In this document: positions 12,554 through 24,600 of the stretch, piece after piece
Layout of the letters: each line of letters starts with the position of its first letter
How positions within the stretch are numbered: the first letter of the stretch is position 1
From: Squalus acanthias
Lineage: Eukaryota
Length of the DNA stretch: 64,000 bases
Direction: 5' to 3'
Assembly (NCBI GenBank): GCA_030390025.1
Contig: CM059431.1
Location: 122,080,001-122,144,000, forward strand
Translations under genes and position numbers: made by a program
The notes under the pieces: generated by a model
Database searches by the model: none
What the model was told of the DNA's origin: nothing
What the model saw: the letters and a program-made list of their open reading frames with translations, nothing else

Positions 12554-12827
12554 TAGAAGATACTTTACTTTGTCTAAAATATGTTGGTAGAACAAATGAA
12601 GGACAGAGACAGTTGCTAGTCCATGTGCTTGCTTTACTAAGCCAGAGCGAACTGAGCATGCCCATACTAAACCATGTGACAAACCATGTGATAATACATT
12701 ACATTGCTTTCAGTTAAAAAAAATTTAAGTATTCCCCTCTCAAATACAACAAAACTATGGTTGCACCTTTCCCAGCATTACATGTACCACATAACAAAAA
12801 CAGCTGGCTTTTTTTCTTTTAAATGAA

Positions 12828-15800
12828 CTACAAATCCAGTTTAATAACAGGTTTGTGGAGCATTCCTGATCCCCTTAAAAAAGGTTTTGGTGTTGAACCA
12901 AATTTTGAGCTGTTTTGTTTTGGTTCCGAACTCAAAGATGATCCTGTTTCTATCTCAGACTTGTTTGAACCTGGTACTGAAGTCTGAACTGAGTCAAACT
13001 GATGTATGTGTTCATGATCAAGTGGTTCAAGATCACTGTCCAATCTAGGCCAGTAAACAAAGCTTCTTGCAATGGATTTCATACTGACGGTCCCTGGATG
13101 TTCAGTATGAGGTTCGACTAGAAGTCTATCTCTCAAAGAGGTAGGTACCACAACTCTGTTTCCCCACTTGATACAACCTTGCTCACAAGACAATTCAGCA
13201 TGACGGTTATGGAATGGTTTCGACACTGTGTCCAGACACTGATCAGTCCATCCATTCAAGGTGTTTTCATAGATGCGTTTCAGTACTGAGTCCTTTTGAG
13301 TTTCATCTGCAATCTCAGCTGCATTCACGGGAAAGTCTTTGTCAACTGCACCGAGCGTGAAAAGCTCACCTTCACTCCCAACACATGAGTCTTCATGTGG
13401 CAACCTGGACAAGGCATCTGTGATTGTGTTCTGCTTTGAAGTGCGATATTTAATCATGTAGTCATATTGTGACAACAACACTGTCCAATGTTGAATTCTT
13501 GATGCGGCCATTGTAGGGTTGGCAGATTTGGGCCCCAATATTGTAAGGAGCAGTTTGTGATCGGTTATCAGGATAAACTTTCTGCTGATCAGGAACTGTT
13601 GGAATTTCTTGATTCCAAACACTATGGCGAGTGCATCCTTTTCAATTTATGCATAGTTTCTTTCGCTTTTTGTGAGGATTTGTGATGCGAACGCAATTGG
13701 TTTCTCTTGGCCGTTATCCATAACGTGGCTTATGACAGCTCCCACACCGTAACTGGAAGCATCACACGCTAACTTAAGCTCGCGCTCTGTGCCGTAGTGC
13801 ACAAGTAAAGCATCATGAGAGAGACTTCTCTTACAAGTGTTGTAAGCTTCCTGTTGTGCTTTAGTCCACTTCCACTCTGCATCCTTCTTGAGGAGCTCAT
13901 GCAATGGAGCTAACATGGTCACTAACTCAGGTAAGAAACGTGCGTCGTACTGAACCATTCCAAGGAAAGATCTTAACTCAGACACGTTCTGTGGCTTTTG
14001 AGCATTGATGACAGCAACAAACTTTCCTTCACTGGTTGCAAGCCATTTGCATCAACTTTCAGACCAAGGTACACAACCTTGGGCTGCACAAAAGTACATT
14101 TGCTCCTTTTCAATTTGACATTGTGGGAATTCAATCTTTGAAACATTAAATAGTGTACAACCAAGGGTCTAGCAATAATGAGGAACTGAAAGATATTAGT
14201 ATTAGTAAAAAAGTAGTACTGGAGAAATTAATGGGACTGAAAGCCGACAAATCCCCTGGACCTGATGGTCTACATCCTAGGGTTTTGAAAGAATTGGCTA
14301 TAGAGATAGTGGATGCATTGGTTGTCAATTTCCAAAAGTCCATATATTCTGGAACGGTTCCCGCGGATTGGAAGGTAGCAAATGTAACCCCACTATTTAA
14401 GAAAGGAGGGAGAGAGAAAATGGGGAACTACAGACCAGTTAGCCTGACATTAGTAATAGGGAAAATGCTAGAATCTATTATTAAAGACGTGGTAACAGGG
14501 CACTTAGAAAATAATAATAGGATTGGGCAGAGTCAACACGGATTTATGAAAGTGAAATCGTGTTTGACAAATCTGTTAGAGTTTTTGTGAGGTTGTAACT
14601 AGCAGAATAGATAAGGGGGAACCAGTGGATGTGGTGTATTTGGATTTTCAAAAGGCATTCGATAAGGTGCCACACAAAAGGTTATTAAACAAAATTCAGG
14701 CTCATGGGATTGGGGGTAATATACTAGCATGGATTGAGGATTGGTTAACGGACAGAAAACAGAGAATAGGAATAAATGGGTCATGTTCGGGTTGGCAGGT
14801 TGTAACTAGTAAGAGGTTTTGATTATAAGAGGAAAGACGTCTTACTGCAATTATATAGGGTCCTGGTGAAACCGCAGCTGGAGTATTGTGTACAGTTTTG
14901 GTCTCCTTACCTAAGTATATACTTGCCATAGAGGGAGTGCAACGAAGGTTCACCAGACTGCTTCCTGGGATGGGGGGATTATTGTAAAAGGACAGATTGA
15001 GTAGACTAGGCCTATATTCTCTAGAGTTTAGAAGAATGAGAGGTGATCTCATTAAAACATACAAATTCTTACAGGGCTTGACAGGGTAGATGCAGGGAGG
15101 ATGTTTCCCCTGGCTGGGGTGTCTAGAACCAGGGGTCACAGTCTCAGAATAAGGGGTCAGCCATTTTAGGACTGAGATGAGGAGAAATTTCTTCACTCAG
15201 AGGATAGTGAATCTTTGGAATTCTCTATCCCAGAGGGCTGTGGAGGCTCAGTCGTTGAGTATATTCAAGACAGAGATCGATAGATTTTTGAATATTAAGG
15301 GGATTCAAGGGATATGGGGATAGTTCAGGAAAGTGAAGATGAGGTAGAAGATCAGCCATGATCTTATTGAATGGCGGAGCAGGCTCGAAGGGCCAAATGG
15401 CCTACTCCTGCTCCTATTTCTTATGTTCTTATGTTTTAAATCTAACACTTCTAGATTTTATTCCTCGCTGCTTGTTGCGATCAGCACATTGTCTTGATTG
15501 CATAAGCAATTTGGAACTCCTTGCAAAATATTATCCATGGTAGCCTGCAACACTTTGGGGGAGGACTTTACACCATACGGCAGCTTGGTGTATGAGTACA
15601 GTCCCTTGTGTGTGTTGATATTGAGTTACTGTTGACTCTCTTTGTCAACATTCAGCTGAGCGTTAGCATGCAACAGGTCAAGCTTGGAGAAAACCTTTGA
15701 CCCAGAGAGTGCTGCTTACAAATCTTGTGATGTAGGTAATGGGTACTGCTCATCGTCAACTGCTTGGTTGATAGTAACTTTGTAGTCACTGCACAAGCGT

Positions 15801-17330
15801 ACAGTTTTGTCTGCTTTGTGCACTACCACAATCGGGGTAGCCCATTCACTTTTGTCAGTTTTTACTAGCACTCCATTCTCTCTCAGCTTCGCTAGCTCTT
15901 CCACCACCTGACCTTTCAACACATAGGGGACTGGCCTTGCCTTACAATAGACAGGCTTCGCGTTGAACTTGATGCAGATATGTGCGTCATACCCAGTGAT
16001 GCCTTCATCACTGTCTGAGAACATGCTTTTATACTTGTTCAGCTCTGTGTCGAGTCGCTTCTTTTAAGCATCTACACTGAAGATGTTTTTCCAATCTAGT
16101 TTTAACTTTCTCAACCAGTCTTTGCCCATGAGAGTTGGCCTGTTGTTGTAGCTCGCTACAATAATAGGCAGCTTTACTGACTGGCCATTGTGTTGAACTG
16201 TACGTTCCATTTGTCCACATGTCCCTAGGATTTCTCCGGAGTAGGTTTTTAACTCTACGGTACTCTTTGTAAGTGATATGTGATTGAACTTACTCTCATA
16301 TGTGTCCTTACTCATGATAGAGCAGTCCGCCGCCATATCGATATACATATCAATATATTGCTTGTTGATCAAAAGTTTTGTACAGAAGTCTTTCTCACGA
16401 CTGCTAGCATTGCCGCTAGTGGCATAGATACTGTAGATGCCTAGTTCTTCAACATCAGGTGTGTTCACTTCAATATTGTGAGTTCCTCCCCTTTGTTATC
16501 ACTGCTTTGCATTGCCACTAGAATGGTTCTTACTTCCTGCTTTAGATCTAGCTCTGCAAGCTGTTGAAATATGGCCTTGCTTCTGGCAGTGTAAACACTT
16601 TGCATTTCTGTATTGGCAGGACTGTGATGAATGATTTCCATTGCAACGATAACAATTCACTGAACTGCTCTCAACGACATGCTTTTGGCTCGGTCTCACA
16701 ACTTTAGGTTTGGCGGTGGCTTTGTGACTGTAGACCTCAGCTGCACTAGTCACTTGAGTTGGATGGAGCTCCCTAGCATTCTTAGATGCCATCTCCATAG
16801 ATAGGGCAATTTTTCATGCTATGTCAAACGTTAGTTTCGGAGTGTTCAGTAACTTGGACTGTGTGTGCTCATCCACCAGTCCACACACAAACTTATCTCG
16901 CAACGCATGATCCAAAAATGTGCCGAAATTACAATGCAAAGACAGGTTCTTAAGAGCTACAATGTACTCACTGATGTTTTCACTTTGTTTTTGGTTTCTG
17001 GTACCAAACTTATAGCACTCTGCTATTTCTAACGGCTTTGGGTCGAAATGGTCCTCAAGTTTCTCGACAATGTCTTCAATTGACGCATCCTTTGCTTTTC
17101 CTGGCGTGAGTAGGTTTATCAATCTTCTGTAGACATCTGGCCTGATCTCTGTTAGAAAAATTGCTTTCTTCCGTTCACGAATTATTTTATTTTGAGCTTG
17201 AATATTCTCATCTGCACCTTCGGTCTCAATAATGTTATTCGCCTTAAGAAACATCTCCATCCGCTCAATGTAAGAACTGAATGGCTCGCGAGCTCAGTCA
17301 TACATGCCGGGGCTTCCGATGAATCCCTCA
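12828..17330 (-). pseudogene. Gypsy gag-pol polyprotein
   Basis: Gag (RNQKQSENISEYIVALK..CNFG..LRDKFVCGL), CCHC knuckle CLHCQKQGHISTAC, protease (IDMAADCSI), RT (WATPIVVV..VRLCSDYK..YPLP; LPYGVKSSP), RNase H (LACDASSYGVGAVISH; TDHK), H2C2 zinc-finger start (HTEHPG..ARSFVYWP). Multiple stops and frameshifts. Confidence 0.92.
14152..15435 (+). mobile_element. CR1 LINE inserted in Gypsy RT, with internal deletion
   Basis: KSPGPDGLHPRVLKE, NYRPVSLT, YLDFQKAFDKVPH; RT core (GVPQGS..FADD) deleted near 14810; TTAAAT TSD (14146-14151, 15436-15441); removal restores Gypsy frame LEVLDLMFQRL. Confidence 0.93.
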
Positions 17331-17454
17331 GACTTGGCGATAATTGTCCCGATCCCGTCGAACAGTGACTCAGCACGCTAACTCTGTATCTTAAACTTTT
17401 CCACTCGAAGGCTGAACACTGTGTCCTTCCATGATCCCTAAAAATGACTTTGGG

Positions 17455-17472
17455 ATCTCATCCTCATCGCCA
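17455..17472 (-). promoter_or_regulatory. Primer-binding site, tRNA-Ser(GCT) type
   Basis: Minus strand TGGCGATGAGGATGAGAT, 3 nt inside the 5' LTR; near match to the complement of the tRNA-Ser(GCT) 3' end (TGGCGACGAGGATGGGAT). Confidence 0.8.
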
Positions 17473-18524
17473 AAATGTAATATATGTGGGTAGAACAAAT
17501 GAAGGACAGTGACAGGATGAGTTGCCAGTCTATGTGCTTGCTTTACTAGACCAGAGCGAACTGAGCATACTAAACCATGTGACAAACCATGTGATAATGC
17601 ATTACACCTTGTCTAAAATATACATTATTTAAAGGATATTTTAAGGTGAGAAGTCCCGAATATATTTAGATCGACTGCCACATCATAAGATGGCACTACC
17701 AGCAGGGAACAGCACTACCTGGGAGTGAATCTTGAGAAATCTAGAGAAATCATGGGCATATACTCCATGATTTTCTGCGATGTGCTTCCTGCAAGCATCA
17801 CACTCTGCTGAGTGCGAGATTACTGAATCACCCAAGGGTCAAGTTTTTGATTCTAATTTATGATTACATTCTGTGATCTACAGTAAGTATTTGTTTTTTT
17901 TTGGAACTGTAGTCTAGAAATTGCTGTTGGTGTGCTATTTGGGGGATTAACTAGGAGAACTATCAATAGTCCTGTTTCCAGCAGCATGTGCAAATCAGGT
18001 GATCTCAGTTTGCATACTAGGCTAGCCAACAGAATGTTGGAACCACTTAGAGAGCTGTGTACTTAAATTGGTTAATTAGGTGTTTAAACCACTGCCTTTG
18101 TGGAGGGGAGAATATGTGTGGCTGAGCACTGCAATATTCCTGGAATATGGGGGCTACTGAACGGGACCTACTTACCTTAAAGCCTTGAATTTGTGAGACT
18201 CCACTCTCTAATGGATTCAAATAATCAGCAGGCCTCCAAAGCAGCACCTGATTGACACAGTCAGTGGATCCAGCACCGTTCCCACTTCCTGATCACATTA
18301 TCAGGAGGGCCCTTCATTTGAATTAAATTTGTGACAGCAATAAACCATATTCGGTGTGAAGGCATCAAGCACAGATGTGCATCTGGCTTCCATTATCACG
18401 TGCTACATGCATTGTTTCCAGAGGCACCCAATAAATCGAGGACTCCCGCAGAGCACATTGGGCAACTGAAAATACATCATCAGCCTTGTAGTGTTCAAAT
18501 CTAGTCATCACACCACAAAATATG

Positions 18525-18855
18525 CACTGGAAAGGATGGAGAGATTGATACCAATTATAAAGGATATAAGATATAAGAAAAGATTAGAGAAGCACAAGCT
18601 CTATAATCCAGAAAGCATGGTGGTTAAGGGAAGACAAGGAATTTGAAACATTAATTAGTACAGGTAAAGTAAACCTTCAAATGAAATAAAATAAGACCAG
18701 AGGATATAAATTTAAATTAGCAGAAAGTAAATTTAAAATAGATATGAGGAAGAGCTTTTTTTACTCTGAGTGATAAATCTTTGGAATTATCTACCAGGCA
18801 GGGTAGTGCAGACAAAACACTAAGGTTGCTCAAAATGCAGTTGAATGCTATAATT
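18525..18855 (+). mobile_element. Old CR1 3' relic
   Basis: Degenerate agaccagaggatataaatttaaatta..aggaagagctttttt..ctttggaattatctacc (TRGHxxKL..RKxFF..LWNxLP). Confidence 0.6.
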
Positions 18856-20170
18856 AGTAAAGCTACAATACCAGAAAGATCCACCTTGATCATCCAAATA
18901 GCTTTTCCTCTTCCTTGATTTTTCTTAGGTTTTGAATGTATGTGCCTGAGATGGGAAAGTGTTCCATTCTCCAGGGGCATTGTCCCTTATTTTGATGAGT
19001 AGAGAAAAGAGGAAGAAATGATAATGTGCACGGTTGGAGAAAGAAAGAAAAACATACAGGGGCTAATATTCTGTAACTTTTCAGCAGATCTGTTTGATAA
19101 ATGATTAGGTTCTTTTCATTTATTTATGGGCTGCTAACAGCACAAATACAGTGAAAGCCATGTGATATAGTAACTGCAGCCATGCACAATCTTTTGCACA
19201 TATATTATATCTTGTAGTCAGCTTTTATTTTGACAAACACTGGCATATTCGCAGAGCTCTTGCTAAGGCACATAGCTGTTGCAATAATTTCCATAGATCA
19301 TTGAAACATGTCAGGGTGTTCAAACGTGTAACAAGTCAAAAACAGGTTCTTAGCACTTTTTCACACAAGTTGCTCAAATGAGGTGGAACTCCAGAAAGGT
19401 TATGCTGCAGCGCCTGAAGAAACAGAAACATGTGTTACATGTCTTAGCAATAGATCATGACGGGTGACAATTTAAGATGTTCACAGTAGAATGATGTGGA
19501 AGAGATGGTAAATCTGCTGAAACACTTTGAGGATGTCGAAGGTCAAATGAATGCTAATTCTGCCTCCATCAGCCAAGTGATTCCTTTAATATGAATACCA
19601 CAGTTAAGAAGTCAAATGTAGATTGAGTAGGGAGCAATATGCTCTAATCTGTTAAAATATAGTTACACCTTTTGCATTGTTTTTGGAAGATCTGCTTTGT
19701 AAACTGGACCAGGCATAATGCCCCTGAATCTTACTCTTTACCTGATGGTTTTTTTTCCTGACTATCCTCTGAGATTATTTCTGGCCTATTCATCTCTGTC
19801 TGATTGCTTCAGATGTACTAGTCAATTTAAACAAGATAGACTGAGAAACACTTTTTTAAATTTTACAGGAATAAAATGAATTTAAATATATGTCTCATAC
19901 TGAAATAGTTTGAGATCATAACACATTATAAAAATTGCTTTCAGCTGCAAAACATTTTTGATCAGAATATCTTGTCATATTACTTGGCTCGTCCAATGAC
20001 CGATAGTAACCTATGGCTTTATCAATATTTATTGACATGTCAGGGGTTAGTAACTATAACTGATAACTGTGAATGGTTGGATTCAGTGACCTCTGTCAGA
20101 GAACTAACTAGGTAGGTTTGCATATCCTGCATCCTCATTTTCAGTAAATCCACAAAGGAAGCATTCCTTT

Positions 20171-20500
20171 AAAGAAAGAAAGGCTTGTATTTATATAGTG
20201 CCTTTCATGACCTCCAGATGTCCCAAAGTGCATTACAGACAATGAAGTACTCTTTGAAGTGTAGTCACTGTTGTAATGTACGAAACGCGGCAGCCAATTT
20301 GCACACAGCAAGCTCCCACAAACAGCAATGTGATCATGAACAGATCATCTGTTTTTAGAAATGTTTTTTGAGGGATAAATATTGGCCAGGACACAGGGGA
20401 GAACTCCCCTGCTCTTCTTCGAAATAGTGCCATGGGATCATTTACATCCACCTGAGAGGGAAGACAGGGCCTTGGTTTAACGTCTTATCCAAAGGACGGA
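20171..20500 (-). mobile_element. DeuSINE (SacSINE1-like) SINE, 5'-truncated, L2-type tail
   Basis: Deu-domain-like gagggataaatattggccaggacacaggggagaactcccctgctc and tail aaagaaagaaaggcttgtatttatatagtgcctttcatgacc; shorter tail copies at about 22453-22515 (-) and 48630-48750 (+). Confidence 0.75.
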
Positions 20501-20750
20501 TCTTGAAGCAAAAGCAATGCTGTGCTAGGCTTTAACTTTCACTGGCGGGCAGTAAGCAGTATTATGGATCAGCTACCTTTTATACACAGTGTCTGATTTT
20601 CGAAACCATTAATATCAATGAAAAGGAAAATCGGACAGGGTGTGTAACGGGGTGGCTGATCCATAGTGCTGAGTTTACACTGTAACAAGCTAAAGCAGGC
20701 CCAGGACCCAGTGCTCAATTAGACACGCAGACTAGAGCTTAAAACAAGTG

Positions 20751-21473
20751 GGGGGGGAAAAATTGGGTTGATTTGTGCTTCTCGTTAGTACCCCCAGGAG
20801 GTGTTAACGCGGCGCAAATCCCCTAGCGCCCAGGCGCGGTGCCGCTAAAGCCTCCCGCGAAATTCAGTGGTAGGTTAGCGGCGGCAGTAGCCGGTAGCGC
20901 CCCGCGGTGCTACGCCTCCGGCAATGACGTCATCACCGTGCGCAGCGCCCTGTTTAGGCCCCGGCCGCAAACTTCCCTTGCGCCCCCTGACCTATCGCCG
21001 GACGATATGTCCGACAAGGTCAGGGGGCGTTTTTGCAGCGGCGGCAGCGGTAGTTAAAGGGGCAGGTGTCGGGCAGACATTTTTTTTTGCCCGACTGCCA
21101 GCATCTGCCCCCTTTCCCTTTTTTTTCGGGGTACCGGCCGCGATTGCTCAGCCCGGCACTCCTCTTGAGTTGTTATTGAGCGGCTGTTTCCATGACACCC
21201 CATTCTCCGGTAGTCTAGCAGGGCCCCGGTGCGCGCAGTGCTAGGCCCCGCCCCTTTAATCAGTGGAGGAGACCTGCAATGACACGGTGCTCGGCGGCAC
21301 ATAGCACCGCGACCTTTAGTAGTAGCGCCCCAAGAAAGAGGTGGAGTGCTTCCAGTAGTGCCCCACCTCCTGCTTGGGGCGCTATTCCTGAATTTCTGGC
21401 GGAATGGCACTAACTTTTTTGCGCCGCGGTGACATTCGTGCCCCAAAAGGGGCGCCACCCTAATTTTTCCCCC
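20751..21473. mobile_element. Harbinger MITE family A, copy 1
   Basis: TIRs GGGGGAAAAATT / AATTTTTCCCCC, GTG on both flanks, CpG-rich, TAGCGCC repeats; homologous to 32570-33253. Confidence 0.88.
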
Positions 21474-22559
21474 GTGAAATTTATTCATCCACGACAGTTG
21501 TGTCTTTAAGTGCAGCAATCAACAAGACAGTAACAGGGATTACTTTCCAGCCTAAACCTTCTAACTCTCCATTCCTTCCTCTCCAAACTCCTCTCCCCAA
21601 CTGAACCCCAGAGAGGAGTTAGGGGAAAAAGTTAGGGGAAGCAACTGAAGGGGTGGTTGAAGAGGTTGGTGTTTGAACATGAGTGGAGATGTAACAAGTG
21701 AATAAGTCTGGGAAGAGAATTCTAGAGACCATGACCCTGGAGACTCCAAGTTTTGGCACTGTACAGACACCAGCCCTCAATTGGAATTCAGGGCTGTTTC
21801 GCCAAAGTTCAATAAAAGCAGACCTTAATCCCGATAAATCAAGCTTCCTTAACTCTGTGGTCCATTACTAATGATTCATAGGTAGTTTGTATTCTAGGAC
21901 CATCACACAACTGTAATCTGAGCAGCACATGATAGTTTGGTGCTTAAAAGTTGTTCCAGTAATACAAAAAAAATTGACATTTTTAATTGAACTATATTTT
22001 ACATCAGAGGGAAAAAACACTTCAAATTTGCTATAAAATAGGAAATTGTGTATGTTATACATAGATCTACTTTTTCTATAATATCTTATTGGTATTCTTC
22101 CAAAAAGGCTTTTAGAGTGTTTGTTCTAAAATAATAATTATTATAGGCCACTCAAAAACAGCAAAAGTAAATGTATTTGATGGATTTCCCTGGTGGATAC
22201 GGTGGAATAAATATTTATTAAATTACTTCAGCTGTAATGAAACCATTTTTTCATGTTGTTGCCTCTATCTGTGAAAGAATCTTTTGTACCAAATGTCAAC
22301 TATTTCATTAGAGCAGTAAATAACTTGGCAAAGTAAAAATGAATGTAACAGCGGATCTTTTATTCTGGTCATGCAGAGTTCAGAAACTATTGCTGCACTG
22401 GCAAAAGACAGCATGTAAAAAATTACACAATTACCATAAATTGTCACAATGTAAAGAAAGAACGAACTTGCATTTATATAGCGCCTTTCATGACCTCAGG
22501 ATGTCCCAAAGCGCATAAGTAAATCTCGGATTAATCGGACCACAATTTAAAAGGTAAAT

Positions 22560-24600
22560 AAGGTGAAAACTTTCCGTTCTGTTAGAAAAGGATAAAGAAG
22601 TGTCAAAAATAATGAGGCTGAAGTGGAAAAAAGCACAGTTTGGTGAGATAATAAGGGATCTGACCCAAATTAACTGGACTGAAAAGTTAGCAAACAAGTT
22701 GATGGATCAGCAGTGCAAAATCTTCAAATATGAGATGGATAGAATGCAGAATAAATATATTGCTATAAACCAAAAAGGAAATGATTAAAAATAGAGAGAG
22801 TAAAACTAAACTGAAACTTAAAGGGGAGGCATATTATAAAATTAGGGCTAACAGTGCTAAAGATCATGAGGAATATAAATTGTAGTGGGGAGGTGAAAAG
22901 GGAGATTAGATGGGCTAAAATAGAATATGCAGATAAAGCCCAGCAGGTAACATAAAAGAGTAAAGACTTTTACAAATGTAAAAAAGGAAAAGTGTAGCTA
23001 AAGAAAGGGTAGACCCACTCAGGGATAAAAGAGGGTGTCTCATTGTGGATGATAAAGGTATGACGGAGATTTGAAATAAATATTTTGCATCTTTTTTAAC
23101 AAATGATGATGGAGTGAGAATGTAGATAGCAGAGGCCATAATTTTGCAATCCTCTTTGATGTGCAAATTATGCTATTGGATGGGTAAGCTATTGTGACAC
23201 CTTTATTCCAGAAGGATAAACTAGGTAACTATAGAAAAGATAATCTAGTTGTGGGTAAATTCATAAGGATTGATAAACAACATCTATGATGCCTTACCAT
23301 GGTTTTCATGGCTCTTCCTGAAGTTACAGTGGACAAGTGGGATAGCCCCAGCAGAAATTCACCACACAAAGAGTTAGGGTAAATGGATGTTACTTGGACT
23401 GGAGAAATGCTGGAAAAAGTGTACACCTGGAGTCAGTGCTCTTATTCTTGGTATTTATAGATGATTTGGACTTGGGTATAATAAGGATCACAATCTTGAA
23501 ATTTGCTGATGACGCAAAAATAAGCAGTGAGGACTGTAAAAAACTTCAGGAAGGCACAGACAGGTGAGCGGGATGGGCAGTGGGAGATGGCAGATACAAG
23601 CTAATGTGGATAGATGTGAGGTAATGGCCCAAAAATTAGTGCCGCTACGCGAGAGTACGCACTGCGTACTCTCGCGTATTCTGTCTCCAATTGCCGGTTT
23701 TCTGCATGCACTGCGCATGCGCTGAAAACTGGCACTTGGTGAATGGAAAAGGGGGCGGGTCCTAGGTGAACCGCGTGCGCGCTACAGGCTGCGCGCATGC
23801 AGTGCACTTAGTGGTTTCAACGCGCAGGTAAGTATGGAAGATTCTACACATAAAAAAAGGAGGAGTAAGACTCACTTTTAACAAGGTAAGTAGTGAATTA
23901 AGTATTATTTTGATGTTTTTTTAACAGGTTTATCTTTTTTAGAGACTTTAAAGACAGGTAAGTTTATTTTTATAACTTTTTAAAAGATTTTAAATTTTTT
24001 CAAAAATTTAATTTTTTATTTAAAATGGTTAATTTATTTAACTATACTTATTTTATTAATGTGATGGTTTTTTAAAAAAAATTTAATTGAGGTTTAGCAG
24101 TTCTTTTGGGGGGCTATAGTATTCATAGCTTTCACAGCACTTATGTGAAAGTTATGAATGGAAGATGGTGTGCTGCCATTGGCTCTAACTGAGTCACGTG
24201 ATCCCACAGCTCGCACGAATTAACTACGCCTGTGGGATACGCAAGCCCAGCACAGCAGCTGTCCAGAACATCAAGTTCGTGCGAGCTGGAACTGAAAAAG
24301 CCAACGCGCAGTGAGAGATCGCGGGGAGGCCTTACCCTCGCACGAAGGCTTCCTCACGAATATTTGGGCCATCATATTTTTGAATGCAAAACAAAGAATG
24401 GATGTTTACACTTAATGGAAAGACACTGAAGGGTTTGGATGAACAGAGAGACAAAGAATTCAAATACATAATTCCCTGAAAATACAAGTATAGGTAAAAA
24501 AATCCATAAAAGGGCTAGCAGCATTTGGGGTTTTATAAATAGGAGCATAGAGTACAAGAGAAAAGTGTTACAAATTTTAATAGAACACTTGATACTCTAT
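22560..24600 (+). mobile_element. Old degenerate CR1 ORF2 relic (MITE-interrupted)
   Basis: Remnants of RxLxxxxW, FYKxxKRK..VxPL, NKYFASFL, KFADDAK (aaatttgctgatgacgcaaaa), CEV..HF. Confidence 0.7.
23626..24370. mobile_element. MITE family C, copy 1 (AT-rich core)
   Basis: TIRs GGCCCAAAAATT / revcomp GGCCCAAATATT; interrupts CR1 at tgtgaggtaa|..|tcatatttt; shares gcgcatg(c/t)gctgaaaac(t/c)ggcac and cacgtgatccca with 52755-53520. Confidence 0.8.

Larger units (their letters stand above)
12571..17606 (-). mobile_element. Ty3/Gypsy LTR retrotransposon (decayed, integrase core deleted, CR1-interrupted)
   Basis: Two homologous LTRs (about 12571-12703 and 17476-17606, TGTAAT...ATTACA), PBS, PPT-like ttgagaggggaat near 12731-12743, domain order gag-PR-RT-RH-INT. 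Confidence 0.93.
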
